This document shows positions 1 to 11,709 of a stretch of 64,000 nucleotides of DNA, piece by piece. This DNA is from an uncultured Planctomycetales bacterium (GTDB taxonomy: Bacteria > Omnitrophota > Gorgyraeia > Gygaellales > Profunditerraquicolaceae), in the NCBI GenBank assembly GCA_964603585.1, contig CAZRVK010000009.1:7319-71318 (forward strand). The letters run 5' to 3'. The notes below the pieces were generated by a model. It was not told the origin of the DNA. It did not search any database and saw nothing but the letters and a program-made list of their open reading frames with translations. The translations under genes were made by a program, and so were the position numbers. Numbering within the stretch: position 1 is the first letter of the stretch; each line of letters opens with the position of its first letter.

Positions 1-82
1 CTGTTAGCACAAGGCCCCTTTGCCCACAAACAAAAAAGGCAGCCGATGATATAACTCATTGACTACCTTTCTCTTCTATTTA

Positions 83-156
<74 letters not shown>

Positions 157-225
157 AATCTTTTTAGATATCAGAAACAATTGAGATGTATTATACCACA
201 AATCTATCAACAACAAGAACTTTAT

Positions 226-507
226 TTACTCTTTATCCCTGGGGATGATCTTAACCGGGATCTCGCCTTTACGCACAATTCCCATGCGCTCACGCGCGAT
301 CCTTTCCTGATAAACCGGGTCATTCTCAATTAAATGCGATTCCTGGCTTAAAAGGGCATTTTCAATATTCAAACGCTTGATCTTTGCTTCCAGATCACGG
401 TTTCTCTCACGTAAATCCTGCAGTTTGGCATAACCGGGCAGGAATATAAAAAACATAAGGACAGAAATCCCAAAGAGCCAAAAAGCTTTCTTAAACTTCT
501 TTAACAT
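226..507 (-). CDS. ftsB: septum formation initiator FtsB/DivIC-like (93 aa)
   Basis: N-terminal TM helix followed by a coiled coil, and a conserved DPxYxExxAR..G tail. It lies directly downstream of eno. Confidence 0.6.
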   Translation of the reverse strand: MLKKFKKAFWLFGISVLMFFIFLPGYAKLQDLRERNRDLEAKIKRLNIENALLSQESHLIENDPVYQERIARERMGIVRKGEIPVKIIPRDKE

Positions 508-515
508 ACGCCCAG

Positions 516-1793
<1,278 letters not shown>

Positions 1794-1963
1794 TTATATT
1801 ATTATGTGAATTTATATCAACGTAAGGCTATATTATACACATCCGCCTATTGAGGTCAAATGATTTTTTACCACTTAAACGCGATTTACACCCGGCCTCA
1901 TAAAACGATTGACTAATATTTAGAGGTATGTTATCTTGCATATATATTAATAAGGAGCGACCT

Positions 1964-3646
1964 GTGAATTTTAAGAAAATAAGATTTTTCTGGAAATTAT
2001 ATTGGCTTAGGATATTAGGCATTGCCGGGGTTTCCGGATTAGCCATCTCCCTGGTGATCCTGGTGGTAAACGGGATGCGGGCATGGAATGAATCCGAATC
2101 TTTTTTACGGCAATCCAATATGGCCATGATCCCCCTGCAGTTATACCTGCAGATAGTAATGGCTTTGATCTTCGGCTTTGTTTATACTTTCCTGATGTAC
2201 TGGCTGTATTTCAAAAAAGGCGCATCCTCATTTTCACAAACCAGCAAGAAATCCATCTCCGGCCAGGAATTAGGCATTACCTGGAATGATGTGATCGGAA
2301 TGGATGAAGCAAAACAGGAAGCACTGGAAGTAGTGAAACTGATCACCGACCGCGCAGAATTACAGCGTATCGGCGGAAAGATCCTAAGGGGAATACTTAT
2401 GTTAGGCCCTCCGGGATGCGGAAAGACCTACCTGGCTAAAGCCATTGCTTGCGAGGCAAAAATGCCTTTTATCTCCATGTCCGGATCAGAGTTTGTTGAA
2501 ATGTTTGTCGGAGTAGGAGCAGGCCGCATTAGAAGCCTGTTTAAAAAAGCCCGTCAGCTGGCGGAATTAGAAGGCGGATGTATTATATTTATTGACGAGA
2601 TCGACGCCGTAGGCGCACAAAGGTCCACTGAATCGGGTTTGAGCGGACAAACCGAGACCAATACTACCTTAAACCAACTTTTAGTGGAAATGGACGGGTT
2701 AAAAGAAAAAGAATTGAATGTGGTAATTATCGGCGCAACCAATATGCCGGAATATTTTCTTGATGCGGCATTGTTAAGACCCGGGAGGTTTGACCGCAAG
2801 ATTTATGTAGATAAACCCAGCCTCGAAGACCGGCAAAAACTATTCGCCTATTATCTTAAGAAAGTAAAATATGACACCGAAAGCATGAAAATCGAACGCT
2901 TAGCCCGGATCACCGTAGGTAATAGCCCTGCGGATATTGCCAATATTATCCGTGAAGCCGCCTTGATCACTGTACGGCACAATAAACCCCTAATCACCAT
3001 GAAGGATATTGACGATGCCCGGGAAAGAATCGCCCTGGGGATTAAGCGCCGGATCAAAATGACGGAAAAAGCAAAATTGCAGGTCGCCTATCATGAAGCC
3101 GGACATGCCATGGTTACATATTTACTTGTCCCCAGCAAAGACGTTTTTAAGATCACCATCACTCCACGCGGGCATACCGGCGGCGCCACCTGGGTACCGG
3201 AAAAAGAAGAAATTCTTATTCAAGACCAACAACAGCTTTTAAATGACATAAAAATATCGGTGGGCTCGTATGCCGCAGAAAAATTAAAATTAGGGTTCAC
3301 CACTTCCGGAGTAGGCGGTGATTTTGCCACCGCCTTATATACCGCGCATAATATGGTTTGGCGCATTGGTATGGGCAAATCCGGGCTGATCGGTGATTTC
3401 CATGCCCTTGATTTTTACCGCCGTGTAGGCGGTATGCCGCTTATTTCCGAAGAAACAAAAGCCAAACTGGATAATGACGTCCAGGAAATAATGCAAACCT
3501 GCCTCAAAGAAGTTACCGAGCTCCTAAAAAAAGAAGACCTTCTCCTGGAACGCCTGGCGCAAGAACTGGTTAAGAAAGAAGAGCTTAATTACGATGAGAT
3601 TGAAGCCATCTTTAAGGAATTCGGCAAAGAGCGGCCTGTTTCTTAA
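1964..3646 (+). CDS. ftsH: ATP-dependent zinc metalloprotease FtsH-like (short periplasmic loop)
   Basis: Two N-terminal TM helices, an AAA+ module with Walker A GPPGCGKT, and the zinc motif HEAGHA. The ORF track starts at 1928, but an AGGAG Shine-Dalgarno at 1953-1957 precedes a GTG at 1964. The periplasmic loop is only about 20 aa, against about 70 in canonical FtsH. Confidence 0.8.
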   Translation: MNFKKIRFFWKLYWLRILGIAGVSGLAISLVILVVNGMRAWNESESFLRQSNMAMIPLQLYLQIVMALIFGFVYTFLMYWLYFKKGASSFSQTSKKSISGQELGITWNDVIGMDEAKQEALEVVKLITDRAELQRIGGKILRGILMLGPPGCGKTYLAKAIACEAKMPFISMSGSEFVEMFVGVGAGRIRSLFKKARQLAELEGGCIIFIDEIDAVGAQRSTESGLSGQTETNTTLNQLLVEMDGLKEKELNVVIIGATNMPEYFLDAALLRPGRFDRKIYVDKPSLEDRQKLFAYYLKKVKYDTESMKIERLARITVGNSPADIANIIREAALITVRHNKPLITMKDIDDARERIALGIKRRIKMTEKAKLQVAYHEAGHAMVTYLLVPSKDVFKITITPRGHTGGATWVPEKEEILIQDQQQLLNDIKISVGSYAAEKLKLGFTTSGVGGDFATALYTAHNMVWRIGMGKSGLIGDFHALDFYRRVGGMPLISEETKAKLDNDVQEIMQTCLKEVTELLKKEDLLLERLAQELVKKEELNYDEIEAIFKEFGKERPVS

Positions 3647-4493
3647 CCTGTTATTAGTATTAAGTTTGATCTGTGGATGCTCCACATCTACCGCCCCTAC
3701 CTTTACCTTAGACAAGATCACCACCAGTATCGAAGATATCTGTAAAAAAGAATACGGGATGAATGTATCCTCAAGAATGGTTGGAGAAACGCTGTGGGTA
3801 TACCTGCCCCTTAATAACATCCTGGAAAAAAAAGACCCGCCAACCAAAGTTACCGACATATTTGAGATAAGGGACTTAACCGAAGAATTTAGAGATAAAA
3901 CCTTCCGGCTGGAATATTCCGTAATGAGTATCCCGCCAAAAGAAACCCTTGATGATTCTCAAATAACTAAAGACGCCTCGGACAAGATCGGCAACCTTTG
4001 GAAGGTTATCCGCCGGATAATTTTCAGCCTTGAGCATGCCGAGAATTCCGAGCCTAAATTCTACTGTGTAGTTGCCGCAGACATCAAAAAAGGATTTGAA
4101 ATAAAACTGGTTGTCTATTACCTCGACCTCAAAAAAGTTTCTTACGGCCTAATATCCAGCGAGGAGTATCAACACCGAACCATTCAAGATATCAATATCG
4201 ATCCGGCTATAATCGGCGACCGTCAAGGAGCTTACCTGCAATATCAGGATATCTCATTGAAAGAGTTTATCGCCAAGCAAATAATCAGCCGGATCAAGCT
4301 TAAATTCCAGAAACCCGAGGTAACCAAACATGCCGATATCGGAAAAGAAATCTTAAAGATAGTGGTCAATGTCTTTAATATTTATAAATTCGAGGGTTTT
4401 GAGAACGTAGAATTAGACGGCAAGGAGCAACAACTAAAGATACTGCTTAATAAAGCGGCGATACAAGAAAAGGCTAAAGAGTACGGATTTTAA
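3594..4493 (+). CDS. hypothetical lipoprotein/secreted protein
   Basis: Signal peptide with a Cys-containing lipobox-like LICGCS. No recognisable catalytic motifs. The start is uncertain because it overlaps the ftsH end by 53 nt. Confidence 0.45.
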   Translation: MRLKPSLRNSAKSGLFLNLLLVLSLICGCSTSTAPTFTLDKITTSIEDICKKEYGMNVSSRMVGETLWVYLPLNNILEKKDPPTKVTDIFEIRDLTEEFRDKTFRLEYSVMSIPPKETLDDSQITKDASDKIGNLWKVIRRIIFSLEHAENSEPKFYCVVAADIKKGFEIKLVVYYLDLKKVSYGLISSEEYQHRTIQDINIDPAIIGDRQGAYLQYQDISLKEFIAKQIISRIKLKFQKPEVTKHADIGKEILKIVVNVFNIYKFEGFENVELDGKEQQLKILLNKAAIQEKAKEYGF

Positions 4494-5082
4494 CCTTTCT
4501 TCCTTCCTGTTTCAATTTACCACGGATACACATCTGTATCGCCTGCGGATAAATCCTGTGTTCTATTTTATGGATTTTTGCTTCCAGGGTCTCTAAGGTA
4601 TCCTCTTCTTCTATCTTTATTGCTTGTTGTAAAATAATCGGCCCGTGATCCATCTCTTCATCCACAAAATGCACGGTTACGCCAGTTACTTTTGCGCCAT
4701 AATCAAAGGCGTCTTTTATCCCCCTGGATCCTTTAAATGCAGGCAAAAGCGCAGGATGAATATTCAATATCCTGTTTTTAAACCGGGCAACAAAATCCGG
4801 GCTAAGCATACGCATAAAACCGGCCAAAACAATTAGATCGATATCCTCCGCCTCTAAAGAAGTAATGATCTGGGATTCGAAGTCTTTCTTTGAGGAAAAA
4901 TCTTCTCTTCTTACCAAGGCTACTTTTATCCCTGCTTTTTGCGCATGCAAAATTGCACCTGCCTGCGGGTTATCGCATACAAGAAGCGCTAATTTAGCAG
5001 AGATCTTTTTCTGTTTGACCGCCTTAATAATGGCAACAAGGTTACTTCCCCAACCAGAGGCAAAAACCGCTATCTTCATCAT
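4474..5082 (-). CDS. purN: phosphoribosylglycinamide formyltransferase
   Basis: 202 aa with a GSNL motif and HPALLP. Typical PurN length. Confidence 0.85.
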   Translation of the reverse strand: MMKIAVFASGWGSNLVAIIKAVKQKKISAKLALLVCDNPQAGAILHAQKAGIKVALVRREDFSSKKDFESQIITSLEAEDIDLIVLAGFMRMLSPDFVARFKNRILNIHPALLPAFKGSRGIKDAFDYGAKVTGVTVHFVDEEMDHGPIILQQAIKIEEEDTLETLEAKIHKIEHRIYPQAIQMCIRGKLKQEGRKVKIRTL

Positions 5083-5903
5083 TTGCTCTCCAATTTATTC
5101 ACCCAGCCTTTATTCTCTTTTTTAGCGATAGCATTTACCGGGCAAACCTTAAAGCACTCCCCATGATCCTTGCAAAGCCCATAATCTATTACTGCCAGGT
5201 TATCCACTAATTTTATCGCTGAAACCGGGCACGCCTTAACGCATTTGCCACAGGTAATACATCCGACAGAACAAACTTCCATTACCTTCTTTCCGGAATA
5301 AAGCGATTTACAACGGATATTATACCCCTTACCTATCTCAACCAGGGTAAAAAGTTTCTTAGGGCAAGCCGAAACACATTTTCCACAAGCAGTGCATTTA
5401 TCCTCACTGACTCGAGGCAGGCCGTCTGTACTCATAGTGATCGCGCCAAACGGACAAACCTTAACACAGCTGCCATAGCCAATACAACCATAGATACATT
5501 CTTTTGGCCCGGCCATGATAAGGTTAGCGGCCAGGCAGTCTTTGATCCCGGAATAGCTGTATTTATCCTTTACCCGTTTACTGCCGCCATGGCAATGTAA
5601 TACTGCTACCTTCCGGGATGCAGTATTCAATTCTACTCCCAGGATCTTTGCAATTTCTGCTCTTTGCGATACGGGAGTAACCACGCACTTATCCACCGTC
5701 GTAGCCCCCTGGACAAGCGCCTCGGCAAAACCAAGGCATCCCGGATAACCGCAAGAGCCGCAGTTTGCCCCGGCAAGCAAGGCATAGACCTTCTCTATCC
5801 GCGGGTCGCTATGGACAGATAATTTCTTGGCCGCCCAGGCAAGGCCCGCCCCAAAGATCACCCCTAATCCGGTCAAAGCTAAAACAGGTATGAGAATGCT
5901 CAT
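5079..5903 (-). CDS. rnfB: Rnf complex subunit B (polyferredoxin)
   Basis: N-terminal TM helix, a CGSCGYPGC motif and several 4Fe-4S CxxCxxCxxxCP motifs. Confidence 0.85.
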   Translation of the reverse strand: MSILIPVLALTGLGVIFGAGLAWAAKKLSVHSDPRIEKVYALLAGANCGSCGYPGCLGFAEALVQGATTVDKCVVTPVSQRAEIAKILGVELNTASRKVAVLHCHGGSKRVKDKYSYSGIKDCLAANLIMAGPKECIYGCIGYGSCVKVCPFGAITMSTDGLPRVSEDKCTACGKCVSACPKKLFTLVEIGKGYNIRCKSLYSGKKVMEVCSVGCITCGKCVKACPVSAIKLVDNLAVIDYGLCKDHGECFKVCPVNAIAKKENKGWVNKLESK

Positions 5904-6508
5904 AATGAAAACCCGTTAAACCCCATAAACGCTAAACTCATCAAAGCCGCGACAATAAAAGCCAGAGGCACGCCCTCTAAAGCCTTGGGCGCATCAGATA
6001 ACTCCAGGCGCTCTCTTATCCCCGACATTAAGACCATCGCTAACAAAAACCCCGCCCCGGCAAATAGCCCCTGCACCGTACTCAAAATAAAACCGCCATG
6101 GATACTTTTACCCTGAATAAAGAAAGTCTCGGAATTTAAAACCGCCACCCCCAGGACCGCACAGTTTACCGTGATCAAAGGAAGATAAATCCCGAATGAC
6201 CGGTATAAAACCGGTGCGGTTTTACGAATAACCATTTCCACTAATTGGACAAAACTGGCGATCACTAAAATAAAAGAAATCGTCCGCAAATATGTAATAT
6301 CAAAAGGTATCAGTAAATACTGGTAGATCAACCAGGTAATCATACTGGACATGGTAGTGACAAAGGTAACGGCCAGCCCCATGGAAAGCGCGGGTTTAGT
6401 TTCTTTGGAAACTCCCACGAAGGCGCACAAACCCAGGAATTTAGAAAGAATGAAATTGTTGATAAAAACCATGGAGATCATGATCGATATAAATTTACTT
6501 GCATCCAT
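5900..6508 (-). CDS. rnfA: Rnf complex subunit A
   Basis: 202-aa polytopic protein with an NNFILSKFLGLCAFVGVSK signature. Confidence 0.85.
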   Translation of the reverse strand: MDASKFISIMISMVFINNFILSKFLGLCAFVGVSKETKPALSMGLAVTFVTTMSSMITWLIYQYLLIPFDITYLRTISFILVIASFVQLVEMVIRKTAPVLYRSFGIYLPLITVNCAVLGVAVLNSETFFIQGKSIHGGFILSTVQGLFAGAGFLLAMVLMSGIRERLELSDAPKALEGVPLAFIVAALMSLAFMGFNGFSL

Positions 6509-7130
6509 CGCATCCCACCTTTGTTATTTCTTTGTTGGTTTTACATTTAATATGCCAGCAATTAACCGCACCGATCAACAACCCAAGGGTCAAAAGCGCA
6601 CCCGGAGCAAGAATAAACATAGTTACCGGCTCCAACCCTTTAAAGATCTTTATGCCAAACAAACTCCCCGCCCCCACTACCTCCCGGATAAAAGCGATCA
6701 GGCAAAGGGCAATGGTAAAACCCGTACCCATCCCTAAAGCATCGAATATGGACTCCAGCACACCGTGTTTACTGGCAAATGCCTCCGCCCGGCCCAAAAC
6801 AATGCAGTTAACCACAATTAAAGGGACATATATCCCTAAGGCAAGGTTCAAAGCCGGAAAATAAGCCTTCATCATCATTTCATTGATTGTGACAAAGGTA
6901 GCAATGATCACGATAAAACAGGGGATCCTTATCTGGTTCGGGATTAAATTACGCACTAAAGAAATTATAATATTTGACCCCAGAAGCACAAAGGTCGCCG
7001 CTACCCCCATGCCAATGGCATTAGTCACGGATGTTGATACCGCTAACGTCGGGCATAAACCCAGGACTAAAGCAAAGGTTGGGTTCTCTAAGATTATCCC
7101 TTTAGTAAATTCCTTGATCAACTTTTTCAT
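6495..7130 (-). CDS. rnfE: Rnf complex subunit E
   Basis: 211-aa RnfA/E-family protein with NPTFALVLGLCPTLAVS. Confidence 0.85.
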   Translation of the reverse strand: MKKLIKEFTKGIILENPTFALVLGLCPTLAVSTSVTNAIGMGVAATFVLLGSNIIISLVRNLIPNQIRIPCFIVIIATFVTINEMMMKAYFPALNLALGIYVPLIVVNCIVLGRAEAFASKHGVLESIFDALGMGTGFTIALCLIAFIREVVGAGSLFGIKIFKGLEPVTMFILAPGALLTLGLLIGAVNCWHIKCKTNKEITKVGCDGCK

Positions 7131-8083
7131 TTAACCTCTCCATATCTTATCGGCTTGATGTAGCGGTCAATCAAAGGTACCGCCGCATTCATCATAAGGA
7201 TAGAATAAGATACCCCTTCCGGATACCCGCCAAAACGGCGGATAACAAAAGTCAATATTCCACAACCCAGGCCGAATATTAACTGCCCGGTCTTAGTGAG
7301 CGGAGTAGTAACATAATCGGTGGCCATAAAAAATGCTCCCAACACCAGGCCTCCGGATAAAATACTGAAAATAAAATCCCCTTTGAACGTCCCGGCACTG
7401 CTAAAGATCCAGCTTAAGGTGCCTACGGTCAAAATAAAACTAACCGGCGTCTGCCACCAAATATAACCTTTCCATAGCAAATATACGGCACCGATCAATA
7501 AGGCAACGATACAAACTTCTCCTAAACAGCCTGAACGTTTTCCCAAAAAGAGATCCCAGTATGATAACCCCATCTGCACTAAATTATCCGCTTTAGCTTC
7601 TTTAAGCATCATTAAAGGAGTAGCACTGGCCACGGCATCCGGAGCAAACGGACGGATAAATTCCGTCATATGTTTTGGCCAGGAGGCTAAAAGGAACGCA
7701 CGCGCGGCAAGAGCTGGATTAAAGATATTCTTGCCTAAACCGCCAAAAGCAAGTTTAGCGATAGTAATGGCAAAAACCCCTCCGATAACCGGTATCCAAA
7801 ACGGCACCGAAGAAGAAAGATTATACGCCAAAAGCAAACCGGTAAGGACAGCGGATCCGTCATTAATGGTTATCTTCTTATGGCTTAACTTTTCAATAAG
7901 CGCCTCGGTAATAACACAGGTAAAAACCGAAATGAGCATGATCTTTAAGGCCGAAAACCCGAAGATCAATACCCCGGCAATCCCGGCGGGAATAAGCGCC
8001 AATAATACCATCCACATCGCCTTGGCAGAAGATTCCCTGCTGTGGATGTGCGGCGAAGTACTGACAACAAACCTATTTTGCAT
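7127..8083 (-). CDS. rnfD: Rnf complex subunit D
   Basis: 318-aa membrane protein with an N-terminal TSPH motif and a GKNIFNPALAARAF motif (NqrB/RnfD family). Confidence 0.85.
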   Translation of the reverse strand: MQNRFVVSTSPHIHSRESSAKAMWMVLLALIPAGIAGVLIFGFSALKIMLISVFTCVITEALIEKLSHKKITINDGSAVLTGLLLAYNLSSSVPFWIPVIGGVFAITIAKLAFGGLGKNIFNPALAARAFLLASWPKHMTEFIRPFAPDAVASATPLMMLKEAKADNLVQMGLSYWDLFLGKRSGCLGEVCIVALLIGAVYLLWKGYIWWQTPVSFILTVGTLSWIFSSAGTFKGDFIFSILSGGLVLGAFFMATDYVTTPLTKTGQLIFGLGCGILTFVIRRFGGYPEGVSYSILMMNAAVPLIDRYIKPIRYGEVK

Positions 8084-8609
8084 TCTTTATCTCCTCAAGC
8101 AGTTTGGGCTTTAATTGAGAGATGATTTCCTTTAAACCATTTACGGCCGCGGTTGAAGAAATAGTCGCCCCGGCAATCGGAATAATCTTATCCATTGAAT
8201 CCAGTGTCTTTCCTGCAAATTGAGATAAGAACTCATTCTCGGTTATCCTAACCCCAAGGCCGGGGGTCTCATTTTGTGATAATACCCTGGCATTAACAAT
8301 TTCCAGTTTAAGATTTAATCCCGCCATGACCTCGATTTCCGAAGAATACCCTTTAGCCTTTGATTTCACCACAAATCCCGATATCTTATCGTCCTTATTA
8401 TAAGCCGTATAATAAACTGCCTTCTCCTTATCTAAATAAGGTTCGAACCTTGCCGCTTCAGGCAAGACTTTTCTCAATGCCGCCTGCTCATTTTCTTGGG
8501 CCTGTTTTATGATCTGCGGCTGGGTAACCGCATTGACTACCGCCAAAACCCCTCCCGACAAACAACAGATTATCCCCAGAACAACCCCATACCTGAACAT
8601 CTCATTCAT
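8073..8609 (-). CDS. rnfG: Rnf complex subunit G (FMN-binding)
   Basis: 178 aa with one TM helix, ETPGLG and the GATISS FMN-attachment motif. Confidence 0.8.
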   Translation of the reverse strand: MNEMFRYGVVLGIICCLSGGVLAVVNAVTQPQIIKQAQENEQAALRKVLPEAARFEPYLDKEKAVYYTAYNKDDKISGFVVKSKAKGYSSEIEVMAGLNLKLEIVNARVLSQNETPGLGVRITENEFLSQFAGKTLDSMDKIIPIAGATISSTAAVNGLKEIISQLKPKLLEEIKNAK

Positions 8610-8620
8610 CGCATTATCCT

Positions 8621-9892
8621 TTATTTGGGAGATTTGAGTTTAGCATACTTGATAGACTGAACAATATTCCTTTTTTGCGGGCAAAGATAGTTGCATAAAC
8701 CGCACTCCATACATTCCAAACATCCGTATGCCTTCGCCAAACCCCATTTTTCTTTTTCCGAAGCCAAAGAGATCAAACAAGGTTCCAAGCCTAAAGGGCA
8801 ATTTTCTACACACCTGGCGCATTTTAAACAGACAGGCTGCTCTCCTAAAGCTGGCTCGGATTCAGATAAACAGATTATCCCATTAGTGCTTTTTATTACC
8901 GGAGTATCCAAAGTATATTGAGCCAACCCCATCATTGGGCCACCAAAGATCACCTTTTGTGGATGCTTAATGAACGGCCCGCAAAACTCCAATAATTCCT
9001 TTGCTGTAGTGCCAATACGCACTAAAAGGTTCTCTGGTGTTTTAAGGCAATCTCCGCTTACCGTAACTACCCTTTCATACAAAGGTTTGCCCAAATAAAC
9101 TGCTTCATAAATCGCATTTATCGTCGCGACATTCTGCACTACAACCCCTAAATCAAAAGGGAGTTTGCCCGAGGGAACCTGGCACTTCAACACTTCTTGG
9201 ATCAACTGTTTCTCCCCTCCTTGAGGGTATTGCGCCTTCAACACCTTTAGCGAAAAATTATTTTTAGGGAGCCTTTTCCTGAAAGCCTCTATCGCCTCCG
9301 GTTTATTCTCCTCAATGGCAATATAAACATGCTTGACCCCAGTGCATTTTACCACTAAATCTATCCCGGCAAATATCTCTTGCGTTCTTTCAATCATCAA
9401 CCGGTCATCTGAAGTTAAATAAGGCTCGCATTCTGCGCCATTGACAATCAAAACTTCAACCGGCTTTGGAGGATCGAGCTTTATATGTGTCGGGAATGCC
9501 GCCCCTCCCATTCCCACGATCCCAGATTCAAATATGATATTACGGACCTGAATTGCGGTTAATTGATCTATTGGGTCAAATCTCTCCTTAGGCATAAGCC
9601 GGTCGGCCCCGTCATTTTCGATCACAATTGCCTGGCACTTGCCTAACGAAGGATGCGGACACTCCTGGATCGCCAAAACCTTGCCGGATACTGAAGCATG
9701 GATAGGCGACCAAACATGCCCCTGGCCAACAGCAATCTTTTGCCCTAAAAACACATTATCGCCGGATTTGACCTGGGGAGTGCAGATCTTGCCTAAATGC
9801 TGGCTTAAAGGGATATAGGCTAAAGCAGGAAGAGGCGCTTTCTTTATAGGCTTATGCTCGGTTTGAGATTTATGCTCAACTAATTTAAACAT
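8621..9892 (-). CDS. rnfC: Rnf complex subunit C
   Basis: 423 aa with an NADH-binding fold and two C-terminal 4Fe-4S motifs (CLKCARCVENCP, CLECMECGLCNYLCP). Confidence 0.85.
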   Translation of the reverse strand: MFKLVEHKSQTEHKPIKKAPLPALAYIPLSQHLGKICTPQVKSGDNVFLGQKIAVGQGHVWSPIHASVSGKVLAIQECPHPSLGKCQAIVIENDGADRLMPKERFDPIDQLTAIQVRNIIFESGIVGMGGAAFPTHIKLDPPKPVEVLIVNGAECEPYLTSDDRLMIERTQEIFAGIDLVVKCTGVKHVYIAIEENKPEAIEAFRKRLPKNNFSLKVLKAQYPQGGEKQLIQEVLKCQVPSGKLPFDLGVVVQNVATINAIYEAVYLGKPLYERVVTVSGDCLKTPENLLVRIGTTAKELLEFCGPFIKHPQKVIFGGPMMGLAQYTLDTPVIKSTNGIICLSESEPALGEQPVCLKCARCVENCPLGLEPCLISLASEKEKWGLAKAYGCLECMECGLCNYLCPQKRNIVQSIKYAKLKSPK

Positions 9893-11132
9893 TTATTCTG
9901 CGGTTAAAAATGAAGTTTACGATCCCTACAACGCTGAATATACAACCCACCACTACTAAAATCGAGACCCGGGATATTCGTTCAGCAAGCATACTACTTA
10001 CAAACATAAACAATAAAAACCCCAGATGCATTACTATCTCCAGGGAACTAAAAACCTTTCCCCTCATCTCGGTATCGCTGGAATTATGAATAATGGTATT
10101 AGAAGCGATCATAATCGGAGAAACCAGGAGCCCTAACGCAGAAGAAAGCATTGCCGCGATCAAAAATGAAGGGTATCGATTCAGCGTAAGAGCAAATACC
10201 ACTATCATTATACCACTTAAGAAAAGAGAAATAAATATTATCTTGTATTGTGAAAACTTCTGGCCGAACCGCCCATAAGCCAAAGACCCCAGGAATAACC
10301 CTATCCCCAAGAACATCACCAACAGCCCAAGGTCCTTAGTAGCGGAGTGCAGGGTGTTCTGCACAAAAACGATCAACACCACATAAATCGCCCCCAAGGC
10401 CGACCATAAAATAAAGGTGATCCCGGAGGTAAAACGGATATCTTTATTATTTATAAAATACTGCACTCCCTCTTTAATCTCCTGCAAGACCGATTTTCTG
10501 ATCAGCTCGACGATCTGCTTTCCTACATTCTTAAAGCTTACGGAAGAAACGGGTTTCTTGGCGATACAAAAAATGAGTGTCGCAGAGACTAAAAAGCTTA
10601 TTCCATCAAGGATAAACCCGAACTGCGCCCCCAGCCACTGCACCAATACCCCGCTGATCCCAAACCCCAGGATCGCCGCGATCATCCCGGTAATATTAAC
10701 CAGTGAATTGGCCAAAAGAAGGTCTTTCTTATCCACCAGGTCAGGAATGATCGCCAGCTTTGCCGGAACAAAAAACCTGCCGATAGAAAATATGATAAAA
10801 ACAATAATATAAATCGGCACCAGGCTTTTAGAGTAAAAAAGGCACAGCGGAATAATTAATACGAGAATTGCCCGAAGGAAATCACAGATATACATCGTGC
10901 GCCTTCTATCCCAGCGGTCCACATACACCCCGGCGATCGGCCCGATGAGAAACACCGGAATGATCGTAAATGACAGGATTTTAGCGATCTCCATTGCCGA
11001 ACCAGGGGCCCGATGATAAACAAAAGCGATCAAAGCCATCTGGTCAAGCCGGTCACCCAATTGCGAGATGATCTGGCCGATCCAAAGCAGGAGGAAATTA
11101 CGATTCCTTAGGACTTCATGGAATTTTGCCAT
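9885..11132 (-). CDS. MFS transporter
   Basis: 415 aa with about 12 TM helices and MFS-like loops. Confidence 0.7.
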   Translation of the reverse strand: MAKFHEVLRNRNFLLLWIGQIISQLGDRLDQMALIAFVYHRAPGSAMEIAKILSFTIIPVFLIGPIAGVYVDRWDRRRTMYICDFLRAILVLIIPLCLFYSKSLVPIYIIVFIIFSIGRFFVPAKLAIIPDLVDKKDLLLANSLVNITGMIAAILGFGISGVLVQWLGAQFGFILDGISFLVSATLIFCIAKKPVSSVSFKNVGKQIVELIRKSVLQEIKEGVQYFINNKDIRFTSGITFILWSALGAIYVVLIVFVQNTLHSATKDLGLLVMFLGIGLFLGSLAYGRFGQKFSQYKIIFISLFLSGIMIVVFALTLNRYPSFLIAAMLSSALGLLVSPIMIASNTIIHNSSDTEMRGKVFSSLEIVMHLGFLLFMFVSSMLAERISRVSILVVVGCIFSVVGIVNFIFNRRINV

Positions 11133-11144
11133 ATAAAAAATAAA

Positions 11145-11217
11145 AGCCGATGAGAGGGATCGAACCTCCGACCTTGACTTTACGAAAGTCCTGCTCTACC
11201 AACTGAGCTACATCGGC
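11145..11217 (-). tRNA. tRNA-Thr (anticodon CGU)
   Basis: The reverse complement GCCGATGTAGCTCAGTTGGTAGAGCAGGACTTTCGTAAAGTCAAGGTCGGAGGTTCGATCCCTCTCATCGGCT folds as a cloverleaf with anticodon loop TTCGTAA. Confidence 0.75.
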
Positions 11218-11232
11218 ATAAATACCTTACCA

Positions 11233-11238
11233 ATTATA
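11233..11238 (-). promoter_or_regulatory. putative extended -10 (TGgTATAAT) for tRNA-Thr
   Basis: On the minus strand GTTGGTATAATTGG sits about 9 nt upstream of the tRNA 5' end. The -35 is weak. Confidence 0.35.
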
Positions 11239-11312
11239 CCAACTTTTTAGAAAAAATAAAGCAGATTAAACCAAGTTCTGTGAAAAATTATTATAAAGGT
11301 ATTGACAAGAAC

Positions 11313-11340
11313 CCCGGTTATGTTATAATTTTTTTGTTAT
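11313..11340 (+). promoter_or_regulatory. sigma70-type promoter of cspA (TTGACA, 16 nt spacer, TGtTATAAT)
   Basis: Consensus -35 TTGACA at 11313-11318 and extended -10 TGTTATAAT ending at 11340. This leaves a 5' UTR of about 105 nt, typical of cold-shock genes. Confidence 0.7.
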
Positions 11341-11451
11341 TAACAAGCGTGAACAGGAGTAAAGCTATCAAAGACAAGAAGCCGTAAAGCAGACCGTTAT
11401 TGAAAGATGCTTTGCGGTTTTTTTTGTCAAGAAAGGAGCGGAAGGCAACAA

Positions 11452-11652
11452 ATGGCTAAAGGCAAAGTAAAGTGGTTCAGCAATCAAAAAGGTTACGGTT
11501 TTATCACTGGCGAGGATGCTAAAGATGTATTTGTACATTACAGCGCAATTACCGGTGAGGGTTACAAAACTTTAAATGAGGGTGACGAAGTCGAATTTGA
11601 AGTCACTCAAGGGCCAAAAGGCGAACAGGCAACTAACGTCAAAAAAGCCTAA
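11452..11652 (+). CDS. cspA: cold-shock protein (CspA family)
   Basis: [18 protein letters not shown] carries the RNP1 and RNP2 motifs. The true start is Met16 of the tracked ORF, preceded by a GGAG-type Shine-Dalgarno. Confidence 0.9.
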   Translation: MAKGKVKWFSNQKGYGFITGEDAKDVFVHYSAITGEGYKTLNEGDEVEFEVTQGPKGEQATNVKKA

Positions 11653-11672
11653 AACCCAATCTTAAAAAAATA

Positions 11673-11709
11673 CCCCGTATGGATTTAACTCCATGCGGGG
11701 TTTTTATTT
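11673..11709. terminator. bidirectional rho-independent terminator
   Basis: CCCCGTATGG..CCATGCGGGG stem followed by TTTTTATTT, between convergent cspA and paralog 1. Confidence 0.65.
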
